Positions 25,772 through 35,492 of a DNA stretch of 64,000 bases are shown here, one piece after another. The position numbers and the translations under genes are program-made. The stretch is from sequence record NC_023719.1. The stretch is one strand, 5' to 3'. The number at the start of each line of letters is the position of its first letter. The stretch's first letter is position 1. Below the pieces are notes generated by a model. That model searched no databases and was not told the origin of the DNA. It saw nothing but the letters and a program-made list of their open reading frames with translations.

Positions 25772-26731
25772 GTGGATTGGAGCTTAGGGATAACGGAATC
25801 TATTAAAAAAGAAGTCGGTGAAAGTTGGGAATTAATAAAAGAGAATATTGGAGATTTCTTCCTATATTTATCACAACAATTACAAGAAGGAGCAAATAGT
25901 TTTTTAGCAGAAATGCTAGATTTCGTACTCTATACTCCTTTAGTAGCTGATAATGAAATCATTTTATCTATTTGGGCGACAGTTAGAATTATTTCATTTG
26001 CACTCATTGGTGTAATGTTCGTTTGGGAAGGATTTAAGAAAGTTATTTCAACCGACAATATTATAAGACATGTGGAGTTTAAAGAAATGTTTGTAAGGAT
26101 GGTTTACGGAATAGTATTAGCTGTTTTTAGCTTAGACATTATTGATTTGATGATTAACTTTAACAATGTTTTAATCGATACAGTGAAAAGTTCTTTCCCA
26201 ATGACATTAGAATCTAAGTTAAATATAAATGGAGTATTCAGCTTCCTTATGGTATTAGCTTTAGTAATAGTTCAAGTTGTATTAGGAATAAAACTCGTCT
26301 TACAGTACTGGATGCGTATAGCAGAGATATGGCTCATGGCTGTATTAGGTCCTCTGGTATACGTACTATGGATAAACCCTGGCTCGAAATTAAGTGGAGT
26401 TTTATCGCAGTGGGTAAGCAGGCTTACAACTACAATATTTACTACATTCATATGGGCTTTAATTTTAGCAATTTATTCTGGTATGGTGAGTATGATAGCT
26501 TCTGCTGGCATGTTAGCTGGTTTCCCTACTCTAGGTCCAATTGCAGGAATTTGTTTATCAATAGCCATGTTGCTAATTATGATTGAAACACCAGCATTCT
26601 TAAGGAGTTTTATGGACAACCAACCTAATGCATTGCATTTAGTTAAGAAAGTTTATACCAACGTTAAATCAAGTACGCCTATGGGGTTTGCTAATAAAGC
26701 TGCTGGATGGATACTACCTAGTAAAACGTAA
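25772..26731 (+). CDS. VirB6/TrbL-like polytopic membrane protein
   Basis: Multiple TM helices with RIAEIWLMAVLGPL..VLWINP and QWVSRL, typical of Gram-positive VirB6-like proteins; gene context. Confidence 0.7.
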   Translation: MDWSLGITESIKKEVGESWELIKENIGDFFLYLSQQLQEGANSFLAEMLDFVLYTPLVADNEIILSIWATVRIISFALIGVMFVWEGFKKVISTDNIIRHVEFKEMFVRMVYGIVLAVFSLDIIDLMINFNNVLIDTVKSSFPMTLESKLNINGVFSFLMVLALVIVQVVLGIKLVLQYWMRIAEIWLMAVLGPLVYVLWINPGSKLSGVLSQWVSRLTTTIFTTFIWALILAIYSGMVSMIASAGMLAGFPTLGPIAGICLSIAMLLIMIETPAFLRSFMDNQPNALHLVKKVYTNVKSSTPMGFANKAAGWILPSKT

Positions 26732-26835
26732 TTTATTTAAATTACGTTTTTTTATTTTTTTAAATTATTTACCATATTTTAGGTCATTTTTCATCGTTAG
26801 TGAATATAATAATTATATAAGGAGGAGGAAATAAT

Positions 26836-27213
26836 ATGATAGAGAAAGAACCATTATGTGCTATACCAAGAAATTTAAATGAGCCAGATACTATTATCCA
26901 CTATCCTGTAAAGTTAAATTGGAAACAAATTAGTTATATTTGCGTAGGTGTAGCGGGAGCATATTTTGCTTTTCAAACTGGGTTACCTATTGAATATAAA
27001 ACTGCTTTAATGGCTGGTAGCGTTGGAACTTCATTAGTTACTAGTTTAATAAAATATGAAGATTCTACTATTGATGAATTGGTAATTGATAGTTTGCACT
27101 ATGCTCAGAAGAAAAATATCTATAGACAACTAGAGAAACGAGGTGCAATGAATGTCAAATTCAACTCTTATGAAGAAAAAATCACCGGAGATTATGCCTT
27201 TTCAGAGTTCTAG
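26836..27213 (+). CDS. PrgI-like (VirB3-analogue) membrane protein
   Basis: IPRNLNEPD..KLNWKQISYI plus two TM helices, directly before the VirB4-like gene. Confidence 0.7.
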   Translation: MIEKEPLCAIPRNLNEPDTIIHYPVKLNWKQISYICVGVAGAYFAFQTGLPIEYKTALMAGSVGTSLVTSLIKYEDSTIDELVIDSLHYAQKKNIYRQLEKRGAMNVKFNSYEEKITGDYAFSEF

Positions 27214-28843
27214 TCTCCGCAAAGTATTAAAGGTTTCATCAGTCAATTTAGGGTTTAAATCCTACAATGATAAACTTGCTATTGTTGAAAATTTCGGTAG
27301 ATTTTTAAACTCTTTAACTCATCCTATACAAATAGTTAGTGATACAAAGTTGATAAATCCAGATGAATGGCTATTAAAAATGCCAGATCAAGATTATTAT
27401 GAATTCTTAAAAGACTTAGTAAACTCTAGTAATGTTTCAGAGAAAATATTTTACATAGCTTATACTGCGCAAGATGAGTCAGAATTAAAGATAATAACAG
27501 ATGCTTTAAGGAGTGGAATTAAAAGGTGTCGTCTATTGGCAGAAGAAGTTGAACCCGAAATTTCACAAAGCATACCAGTGCTTAAACCAGGACATGTTAA
27601 AGTTGGTGATTGGTATAATCATACTTTGATAGTAAAGAATTGGCCACATAGCTGCGTATCGGGTTGGTTAGAAAACCTGTACAATTTAGACAAAAACATA
27701 ACTTTATCAATGTTTATAGAGCCACAAAATAAACAAGATTCTATTAAATACATTAGCAAGAGACTAGCAAGATTGCAATCTAACTCAATTATTAAAGATA
27801 AAGAAAATAAAACTAATGGCGAAGAAGATGAAAGTATTGCAACTGGTCTAAATATGAGAGAAGAACTAATGAGAAATGAAGGTAATTTCTTTTTCGTTAG
27901 TTATTACATTACTGTTAAAGCAAAAAGTTTAGAACAATTAAAAAGAGATACAAAATTTGTAAAAACTATTTTAAACGGAATGATGATTGAAACGTCTAAA
28001 GCTACTTTAAGACATGATGATGGATATAGATGTTCACTCCCACTTATGCAAAATAACCTTCGTTCTAAAGCTGCGTATACATTCACAACTACCCCACTAA
28101 AGAGATTTTTCCCTTTTATGTCTGCTAATATAGTTGATAAAGGCGGAATAATGATTGGTAGCAATTTATTAAATAATTCATTAATTTTCTTAGATCACTT
28201 TAGTTATTCAACAGCGAGTATGGTTGTTATAGGAAAGACTGGTTCTGGTAAATCATTTACTGTAAAAGCTCAAATAGATAAGCTGGTAAAACAGGGAGTG
28301 GAAGTAACTGTTTTAGATATAGAAAAAGAATTTGATAGGATGCAAAAGCATAAGAATTTAATAGTAAAACACTTTGGGACCAAGGTTGAACAGTACAAAC
28401 AATTCTTATTTGACTATTGGGAAGAAGTAAATAATGGACCTAAAAAACCAAGATTTTTAGTAATTGATGAGTTTTGGAGCTATAAAAAAGATCCGGAAAT
28501 AGCTGATTTATTGCAAAAAATGGCTAAGTTAGGAAGAAAGAGATGGTTAGGTATTTGTCCGATTACTCAAGAAGTAAATGATATGTTAAGTGATGAATTC
28601 TCTAAGAGTCTAATAAATAATTCCAGTATAAAAATTATTTTACAAATTGATCCTAATCAAAGAAAATTAGTACAAGAAACTTTTGGTTTGACAGATTCTG
28701 AAGTATCTTTCTTAATTGGTGCATCTGAGGGTGAAGGAATATTGTTCGCAGGTACAAATCATGTGCAATTTAAAACAATTGTATCAGATAAACAATATGC
28801 GCAAATAACGACAAAGCCACAGGAGTTATATCAAGTTAGTTAA
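27152..28843 (+). CDS. virB4: VirB4-like conjugation ATPase (compact)
   Basis: Walker A IGKTGSGKS, Walker B FLVIDEFW, K..RKRW..ITQ, INNSSIKIIL and FGLTDSEVSFL..GEG motifs. Confidence 0.8.
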   Translation: MSNSTLMKKKSPEIMPFQSSSLRKVLKVSSVNLGFKSYNDKLAIVENFGRFLNSLTHPIQIVSDTKLINPDEWLLKMPDQDYYEFLKDLVNSSNVSEKIFYIAYTAQDESELKIITDALRSGIKRCRLLAEEVEPEISQSIPVLKPGHVKVGDWYNHTLIVKNWPHSCVSGWLENLYNLDKNITLSMFIEPQNKQDSIKYISKRLARLQSNSIIKDKENKTNGEEDESIATGLNMREELMRNEGNFFFVSYYITVKAKSLEQLKRDTKFVKTILNGMMIETSKATLRHDDGYRCSLPLMQNNLRSKAAYTFTTTPLKRFFPFMSANIVDKGGIMIGSNLLNNSLIFLDHFSYSTASMVVIGKTGSGKSFTVKAQIDKLVKQGVEVTVLDIEKEFDRMQKHKNLIVKHFGTKVEQYKQFLFDYWEEVNNGPKKPRFLVIDEFWSYKKDPEIADLLQKMAKLGRKRWLGICPITQEVNDMLSDEFSKSLINNSSIKIILQIDPNQRKLVQETFGLTDSEVSFLIGASEGEGILFAGTNHVQFKTIVSDKQYAQITTKPQELYQVS

Positions 28844-28858
28844 GGAAGGAGTGTAATT

Positions 28859-31336
28859 GTGTTTAGTAAAAAAATTGAATATCCTAAAGATAGTATTGTC
28901 ATTAAATTGGAGAATGATATTGAATCTACTCATGATGATAGATCTAGTGAGGTTGAGAGTTTTTGGTCTAGTATTCATGGGTTACAAGATAAAAAAGAGC
29001 GACCAACATTTTCTTTTGAGATATTAAGTGACAAAAAAGGAGCAGCTTTTTATCTAGCTATACCTAAAAGATTTCAAAGTATAATTGGTAAAAAGTTAAA
29101 TGCAGTTTATCCATATATAGAAATTAAAGAAGTTGCTGATCCAGTTAAAGAGTTTAGTCCTAAGATAGATGAACACGTTTATAGTTGTGAGTTAAAGTTA
29201 ACAAATCATGAATCTTTTAATTTAAAGACATCGGGTTTAAGTAAGACATTTTTAAATAATTTATTAAATACTATGAACCATTTTAATGAGGATGATTCAT
29301 CATTAGTGCAAATTTTAATAAAACCGTTACCAGAATCTTGGAATCATAAAGCTCAAAGAAATTCAACTAGAGCAAGGGCAAAAAGTTTTCATAGTTCAAA
29401 TCCAATTGTAAAAGGATTAATGTTGATAGTAGATTTACTAGTAAGCTCGGTAATGTTAGTACTTGATTCAACAGTTACTAATGGACAACTTAAAAAATCA
29501 TTTAAAGAAGTATCCGCAACAACTACTAAAACAGAAAAAGATGATAAATTTTCAAAACCCTGTTTTAATGTTTCAGTTAGGATTGCATCTAAATCAAAAG
29601 ATGCAATTGTAGCAGAACAAACAGCTAAGAGTATATCAACAGTGTTCCAAAATTTAGATAGTGAAAACAAACTAAGACCTAAAAAAATAACTTTTAAATC
29701 TATAGAAGAAAGGTTTGAAGAACCAAAGACATTTAAAAATAGCGCGTTAAATGTACAAGAAATGTCCCAGTTTATACATTTACCTGGGAAAGGTGTATCC
29801 GCTGATAATGTCGGTAAAGGAAATGTAAAAATGCCATATGACAAAAATGTTCCATCTAAAGGAATAGTTTTTGGATATAGCCCGCAAAAAGATAATAAAC
29901 CTGTTGCTTTCCCTATGAAAGTTATTTCTTTAGAAAAATACGACGAATTATATGACGAATATGAAAAGCTAATCGATAACTTATGTAAGCCTAGATTGGT
30001 TTTAGGTCAAATGGGTACTGGGAAAAGTGAGTGGGTAGTTAATTATACTCTTAGTTTAATTAATGCGGGACTATCTGTAATTATTGTAGATCCTAAAAAT
30101 GATACTCAAGAAAGGTTAATACAATCAATATCTGAAGATAAAATAGATAAAATTGACTACTTAAATTTAGGAGATTTAATATTCCCTCCTGGTATGAATC
30201 TGCTGAGACGTAGAAACCCTGGCGACCCAACTGAAATATCATTAATTGTACAATCTTTAATAAGCTTCTTTAAGAAAGAATTTGGACGTTCGTGGGGCTT
30301 TGCGATGCAGCAATTAATTATGATGACTGGTAATGCTATCTTATTAGATGAAGTCGCAACTCTATACGAATTCCAATTAATGTTAACTAATAAAGAGTAT
30401 AGAGCAAAAATGATAGACAAGATAGAAGCGAAAATAGCTGAAAACTCTGGTGGTAAAGCAATGTTAAAAGAGTTACTACAATTCTGGAAACAGTTTCATA
30501 GTTGGCCAGAAAAAAATCAAATGGATCGCATTAGTTCCACAATGAATAAGATAGGCGTATTTATGAGTAATAGAATTGTAAGAGCTATAGTGTCTCAAGA
30601 AGAAAGTTATGATTTTAGAAAAGCTGGAGATAATGGAAGAATAACTATTGTTAATATTCCTGATGGAGAATTGCAAGATGAAAATAGAGAACTATTAGCA
30701 TCATTTATAAATAAAGCTATTTGGTTAGATTTCCGTTCGCGAGCATCTATGCCTATAAGAAAACGTTATCCAACTATGTGGTTAATTGAAGAAGCACACA
30801 TGGTTATGGATACTGAATTTATACCTGTCTTAACTCAATCTCGTGGATATCGTTTAGGCGTAACAGTATTAACTCAAGGCTTAACGAACTTTGATAATAA
30901 AGGTATGAGTGAACTTAAAGATTTAATTTTAACTAACTGCAAAAATAAAGTAGTTTTCCGTGTTGGGCCACAAGATGCTCGCGCATTAGCGGAAGAATTC
31001 TCTCCACTTACTTCATATGATTTAATGAATTGTCCAGATTATCATTTCTATTCTAAGATACTACTTGAAGATGGTAAAGTTTCAGATGTGTTCTTTGCGA
31101 ATTCACCACCAGTAGCACCTGAATTAAGAGATTATCAGAAATACAAAGAAGCAAGTAGATCTGGTAAATATACAATAGATGAAATAGAGGATAGACTAGA
31201 TTCAAGACATAACTTAGAAGATACATCTTCTATAATGAATTTAGGTTTATCTATGGAAGAGGAAAAAACAATTGTTAAAGAAGAAAAACCTAAAAAGAGA
31301 AGGGCTAAGCCAGGTCTAGAGTTTTTAGATAATTAA
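28859..31336 (+). CDS. virD4: VirD4/TraD-like type IV coupling protein
   Basis: Walker A LGQMGTGKS, IIVDPKND, Walker B LIEEAH, QSRGYRLGVTVLTQ and NCKNKVVFRVGPQDA. Confidence 0.8.
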   Translation: MFSKKIEYPKDSIVIKLENDIESTHDDRSSEVESFWSSIHGLQDKKERPTFSFEILSDKKGAAFYLAIPKRFQSIIGKKLNAVYPYIEIKEVADPVKEFSPKIDEHVYSCELKLTNHESFNLKTSGLSKTFLNNLLNTMNHFNEDDSSLVQILIKPLPESWNHKAQRNSTRARAKSFHSSNPIVKGLMLIVDLLVSSVMLVLDSTVTNGQLKKSFKEVSATTTKTEKDDKFSKPCFNVSVRIASKSKDAIVAEQTAKSISTVFQNLDSENKLRPKKITFKSIEERFEEPKTFKNSALNVQEMSQFIHLPGKGVSADNVGKGNVKMPYDKNVPSKGIVFGYSPQKDNKPVAFPMKVISLEKYDELYDEYEKLIDNLCKPRLVLGQMGTGKSEWVVNYTLSLINAGLSVIIVDPKNDTQERLIQSISEDKIDKIDYLNLGDLIFPPGMNLLRRRNPGDPTEISLIVQSLISFFKKEFGRSWGFAMQQLIMMTGNAILLDEVATLYEFQLMLTNKEYRAKMIDKIEAKIAENSGGKAMLKELLQFWKQFHSWPEKNQMDRISSTMNKIGVFMSNRIVRAIVSQEESYDFRKAGDNGRITIVNIPDGELQDENRELLASFINKAIWLDFRSRASMPIRKRYPTMWLIEEAHMVMDTEFIPVLTQSRGYRLGVTVLTQGLTNFDNKGMSELKDLILTNCKNKVVFRVGPQDARALAEEFSPLTSYDLMNCPDYHFYSKILLEDGKVSDVFFANSPPVAPELRDYQKYKEASRSGKYTIDEIEDRLDSRHNLEDTSSIMNLGLSMEEEKTIVKEEKPKKRRAKPGLEFLDN

Positions 31337-31360
31337 AAAGGGACGAAAGTTCCTTTTTTT
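31336..31360 (+). terminator. Intrinsic terminator ending the conjugation module
   Basis: AAAAGGGAC-GAAA-GTTCCTTTT (with a G-U pair) plus T-run. Confidence 0.75.
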
Positions 31361-31361
31361 A

Positions 31362-31390
31362 TTTACATAAAATATTGATTTTGATATAAT
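31362..31390 (+). promoter_or_regulatory. sigmaA-like promoter
   Basis: TTTACA-N17-TATAAT. Confidence 0.7.
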
Positions 31391-31421
31391 TAAAATATAA
31401 TATAAAGAAGGTGGAATTGTT

Positions 31422-31838
31422 ATGGTTGAAGAGATACTAATACAACAGTTGTATAGCGCTAGCTTACTTAGAAAAGAAATGTATAGTATTGAAGATGTAT
31501 TGTCAAAGCGCGTAGAATCATACTTTAAAAGTAAAGATTCTAAAGTAGATTTTGATGGTGATTTGATAAAAATGAATTCTCAAAGATATGAAGTTTTTGA
31601 TTTAAAAGGTATAATTTGCTGTAGTTGTGGATTAGAAGGTAGATTTTTTGCAAAAGAAAGAGGTAATGAGAGCTACCCTTATCATTTTAATTTATATGCT
31701 GTTAATGATAAAGGCGAGGAAGTACTTATGACTAAAGATCACATTGTACCAGTTTCAAAAGGTGGTAAAAATCACATTAGTAATTATCAAACCATGTGTA
31801 TTATTTGTAATGAAAAAAAGGGAAATCAAGAGGTTTAA
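31422..31838 (+). CDS. HNH endonuclease
   Basis: CCSCG...TKDHIVPVSKGGKNHISNYQTMCIICNEKKG. Confidence 0.85.
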   Translation: MVEEILIQQLYSASLLRKEMYSIEDVLSKRVESYFKSKDSKVDFDGDLIKMNSQRYEVFDLKGIICCSCGLEGRFFAKERGNESYPYHFNLYAVNDKGEEVLMTKDHIVPVSKGGKNHISNYQTMCIICNEKKGNQEV

Positions 31839-32296
31839 GTAATAATCTTTTTAGATAGAATTTCCATTGTAAGGATGATTTTCTTTGTTTTAATATTTAT
31901 TATTACCATGTAAAAAATATGGCTCAGAATTGAATCTAGTGATTTTAATGACAGAGTTTATATAGAATATCATTATAAAAAGGAAAATAGATTAAATCTA
32001 TTTTCCTTTTTTTGCGTTTTTTACATAAATAAGACGCACTTATTGTTATAATTACATATTAATTGTATTGGAATGAAATAAGCTTAGTTTGTTTTTTACT
32101 CTTTATTGGATTTTTTTTAAGAAAGTTGTTATAATTCATCAAAAAAATCCTATACTATTGATAGGTGAATGTAAAAATTATTCATTTTTTAAAGAGCTAT
32201 CTACTAAGTGAAATTAGACAGCTTCGTTATGTATAGAAAAATTGCATATTATCACTTTTCAAAAAGTGTTTTTTAAAAAGATAGGAGGCGTTACAT

Positions 32297-32809
32297 TTGT
32301 ACTTAGTGAAATCGAACGGGAATTACCATATCGTTATTTCAGATATTGATGTTTCCATTTCACCTTTACAAAGCGTTGAAATTGAAGATAACGTTTTTGA
32401 AAATTCTTCACACGCTAAAGATTTACTTGATAATAAGTTTATAGTAGCTGAAAAAGTTACTAAATTACCGAAAGTAGAAGAAAAAAAGAAAACTGAAGTT
32501 AAGAAAGAAAAAGCTGAAGTTTTCGTCGCTAGAGAAACAAAGAAAGTTGAAGAAGTTGAAAATGTTTTTGTAGCAGAAGTGAAAGAAGCTAAAACTAAAG
32601 CTAAGGCTGAAGTTGGAGCGGAGCAAGAAGTCATTACTAAAGAAGAAGTTTCTAAAGAGGAAACTAAAGCTGAGGTAAAACCAGTTGCTAAAAAGACTGA
32701 AGTTAAAAAAGCTGAACCTATTAAAGAAGAAGCTAAAGTTGAAGCAACTGAGGAAGAAAAAACTACTAAAAAAACTGTTACTAGAAGAAATACTAGAGCT
32801 AAAAAATAA
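32297..32809 (+). CDS. Lys/Glu-rich low-complexity protein, probably virion-associated
   Basis: Small N-terminal beta domain then KE/AE repeats; GGAGG RBS. Confidence 0.65.
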   Translation: MYLVKSNGNYHIVISDIDVSISPLQSVEIEDNVFENSSHAKDLLDNKFIVAEKVTKLPKVEEKKKTEVKKEKAEVFVARETKKVEEVENVFVAEVKEAKTKAKAEVGAEQEVITKEEVSKEETKAEVKPVAKKTEVKKAEPIKEEAKVEATEEEKTTKKTVTRRNTRAKK

Positions 32810-32823
32810 GGGGGATATTTTAA

Positions 32824-34083
32824 ATGTCAAAAAAATTAAATTGGTTAGATAAATTCGCTCAAGAGCAAGCTGAAAAACAAACAATGAAGAAGGTAGCATC
32901 TACTAAAAAAGTTGCTAATCAAATTATCGTAAGTCCAGAAGATGTACCAAGTGCTGAAGAAGGATCTACAATTGAGTTTAATGGTGAACAATTTAAAGTC
33001 GTAGACGCTAATTTCTCTGATGAAGTTGGCCCAGGTGTAGTATTAGAAAGAGCTGCTGCTTACGAAAATTTACAAGGTAATCCAATGGACGTTTCTATGG
33101 GTACACAAAGTGCTGGTATGGTACCAGCTTCTAATAATGGTCAACAATATCACTATGATTTAAATAACAATACTCAACAAACTTATAGCATTGAAGAAGA
33201 TGCTCAATATGGTATGTCTTCTGCACCAGCTACTGAACAACAAATTGCAGGGGAAAACGCAGTAGATCGTACAAATGTTCCAGGTAGATACACTCCATCG
33301 CCTGATTTAAGTTCTGCTAATGGTGTGGCTACTCCAGGTATGCCTACTGCTCCAGCGCCAGTTTCAGTTGATGCGCCAGCTGCAGCTCCAACAACTGAAC
33401 CAGCTCCAGCTGCTGAAACTCCAGTGGGAGATACTACAACTACTGAAGAACTAACTGTTGATGAAACTACTGAAACTCCAACTGAAGACAAAACTGAAGA
33501 AAAAGAAAACAAAATTCTTTCTAAAGTTAAAAGTTCTCTTCCAAAAAAAGAGAAAAAAGCAGTTTCTAAAAGAACTGCAATGAATACTTCTATTATCAAC
33601 TTAGCTTCTGATGTTTCTGATGCTATTGTTGCTGAAACTGAAGATGTATTAGAAGATGCTGAAGAAACAGTTAAGCAATTAGTTCCTTCACATTTAGCTA
33701 CAAAAGCTCTTCAACTATTAGAAGCGGAATTAGAAGAAGAAGGTATCGAAGCTTTATTTGATAAAGCTGATTCTTTAAGTAAAACTGCTGGTGAAGAAGA
33801 AGATTGTACTGAAGAAGAAATGAAAGAAATTGTTAAAAAAGTTGCTGAAGCTGTAGTGGAAGATATGGAAAAAACTCTTGCTGAAGCTGATGAAACAATG
33901 GATGAAGAAAGAGAAACTTTAGCTGATGGTGAAGATCAATTTGAATTAGAAGCTAAATTAAAAGCTATGGTTGAACGCAAATTACATGCTAAAGGTATTT
34001 ATACTCGTTTCGCTCGTACAGCTAAAAAAGCTCCAAAGAAAACAATTGCTCAAAAAATTCGTGAAGCTCGTAAAAATCGCTAA
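32824..34083 (+). CDS. Acidic low-complexity protein, possible scaffold or internal head protein
   Basis: Pro/Ala/Thr linker, Glu-rich helices, recurrent K/R-x-A motifs; highly biased codon use. Confidence 0.55.
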   Translation: MSKKLNWLDKFAQEQAEKQTMKKVASTKKVANQIIVSPEDVPSAEEGSTIEFNGEQFKVVDANFSDEVGPGVVLERAAAYENLQGNPMDVSMGTQSAGMVPASNNGQQYHYDLNNNTQQTYSIEEDAQYGMSSAPATEQQIAGENAVDRTNVPGRYTPSPDLSSANGVATPGMPTAPAPVSVDAPAAAPTTEPAPAAETPVGDTTTTEELTVDETTETPTEDKTEEKENKILSKVKSSLPKKEKKAVSKRTAMNTSIINLASDVSDAIVAETEDVLEDAEETVKQLVPSHLATKALQLLEAELEEEGIEALFDKADSLSKTAGEEEDCTEEEMKEIVKKVAEAVVEDMEKTLAEADETMDEERETLADGEDQFELEAKLKAMVERKLHAKGIYTRFARTAKKAPKKTIAQKIREARKNR

Positions 34084-34174
34084 TTAAAATAAAAACTTTT
34101 ATAATTTGTATTTTATAAGCAGATACTATAATTTAGTATCTGCTTTTTATTTGCTATTAAGGAGGCGGTTTAAA

Positions 34175-35323
34175 TTGTCGAAGATTTATCATAGAGGTCA
34201 AGATTTATTTTTATATGTGCAATTTAAAGATGAACAAAATAAACCATTAATTGAAATAGAAAGTCCAGTATTTACTATTAGTTATGAGAAAAATGGCGAC
34301 TACTATACTCTATTTGAGGAGCAAGAATTATTTCCGTTAGATCAATCACAAGGTGAATATTGTTTTAATATATCTTTGCCTGAAAATGCAGAGTACTCAA
34401 TATACGATATAGAATATTCTGCTAATACAGTGGACGGAAAAGTGGCGAGAGTGAATGAGAATTTCCATGTAATCCCTAAATCTGAAAAATACGCAGATGC
34501 AATAAAAGTTTATGGTTTTATTCACCAAACGAGAGTAGGTTATCCATTAATTAGTGCTATAGTTAAAATAAAGTTAGTAGATAATTCAAAAATTGTAGCA
34601 GAATCATATACTAACTTTGATGGTAGGTGGGAAGCATACTTATATCCAGGCGAATATGTTTTTGAATTTTGGAAATTCGGATTTAAAAGCGAAGAAATAG
34701 TAGCGCAAATTGGTGTTGAACATACTGAAATACAATTTGACAATGTTTCTTTAGAATCAGAAAATGAAATTAATACTGGCAATGGCATTTATACTATCTC
34801 AGATAATTTTGTTACTAGAGAAGGAACACCTTTAGAAGGTTTAACGGTTAAAGCGATAGATGTTCTAAAGATTGGTACGAGTAAAGAAGTTGCCGCGCAA
34901 GACATAACAAATAATAGTGGTGAATATAGAATATATTTAGACCCAGGTATCTATTTGCTTAAAGTAAATGGTAATTCACTATTAGAAGATTTTTCTCAAA
35001 CTTTCAGATTAAGAATAGAAGACAATGGGAAATTCACATTGGAGAATTTAACGCAAAATGTTGGAGTCCCAGCAGACGATCTAATGGTAGATCAAGGTAG
35101 TGGAAGTGTAACTATAGAAGATTATATAAAAGATACAAATGGAACTCCTATAGTTGATGTTCAAATTTGTGTATATAGAAAAAATGATATTAATACTTTA
35201 GTAGCGCAAGACTACACGGACCCAGCTGGAAAGTGGGCTGTGCATTTGGATCCTGATACTTATATATTTGAGTATTACCACCCAGAGTTCCATGAATTCC
35301 AAGAGGAAAAGCAAGTTAAGTAA
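34175..35323 (+). CDS. Virion structural protein with three transthyretin/CarboxypepD-like Ig repeats
   Basis: Repeats VAESYTNFDGRW..LYPGEY, AAQDITNNSGEY..LDPGIY and VAQDYTDPAGKW..LDPDTY. Confidence 0.65.
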   Translation: MSKIYHRGQDLFLYVQFKDEQNKPLIEIESPVFTISYEKNGDYYTLFEEQELFPLDQSQGEYCFNISLPENAEYSIYDIEYSANTVDGKVARVNENFHVIPKSEKYADAIKVYGFIHQTRVGYPLISAIVKIKLVDNSKIVAESYTNFDGRWEAYLYPGEYVFEFWKFGFKSEEIVAQIGVEHTEIQFDNVSLESENEINTGNGIYTISDNFVTREGTPLEGLTVKAIDVLKIGTSKEVAAQDITNNSGEYRIYLDPGIYLLKVNGNSLLEDFSQTFRLRIEDNGKFTLENLTQNVGVPADDLMVDQGSGSVTIEDYIKDTNGTPIVDVQICVYRKNDINTLVAQDYTDPAGKWAVHLDPDTYIFEYYHPEFHEFQEEKQVK

Positions 35324-35492
35324 GTATTAAATTTAATAAAAATTTAAATAAGATTATTGTTGAGGAGTGTAATAAATCTCAGTAGTAATCTTATTTTTTT
35401 TATGAAGGAATCAATATTGATTTGATTTTCTTGATTGAAAGAGAGAGTGTTAATAGTAAAAAAAATAAACACATAATAAGGTGGGCCACTTT

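Noticed and set aside
31839-32296. Second structured RNA or origin in the 450-bp gap before the structural genes
   Set aside because: Apart from one terminator-like hairpin near 31977-32012 it is AT-rich, with no nested helices or iterons I can support
35350-35402. 15-bp hairpin with G-U pairs as a small RNA
   Set aside because: It directly follows a gene and precedes a T-run, so it is best explained as a long terminator
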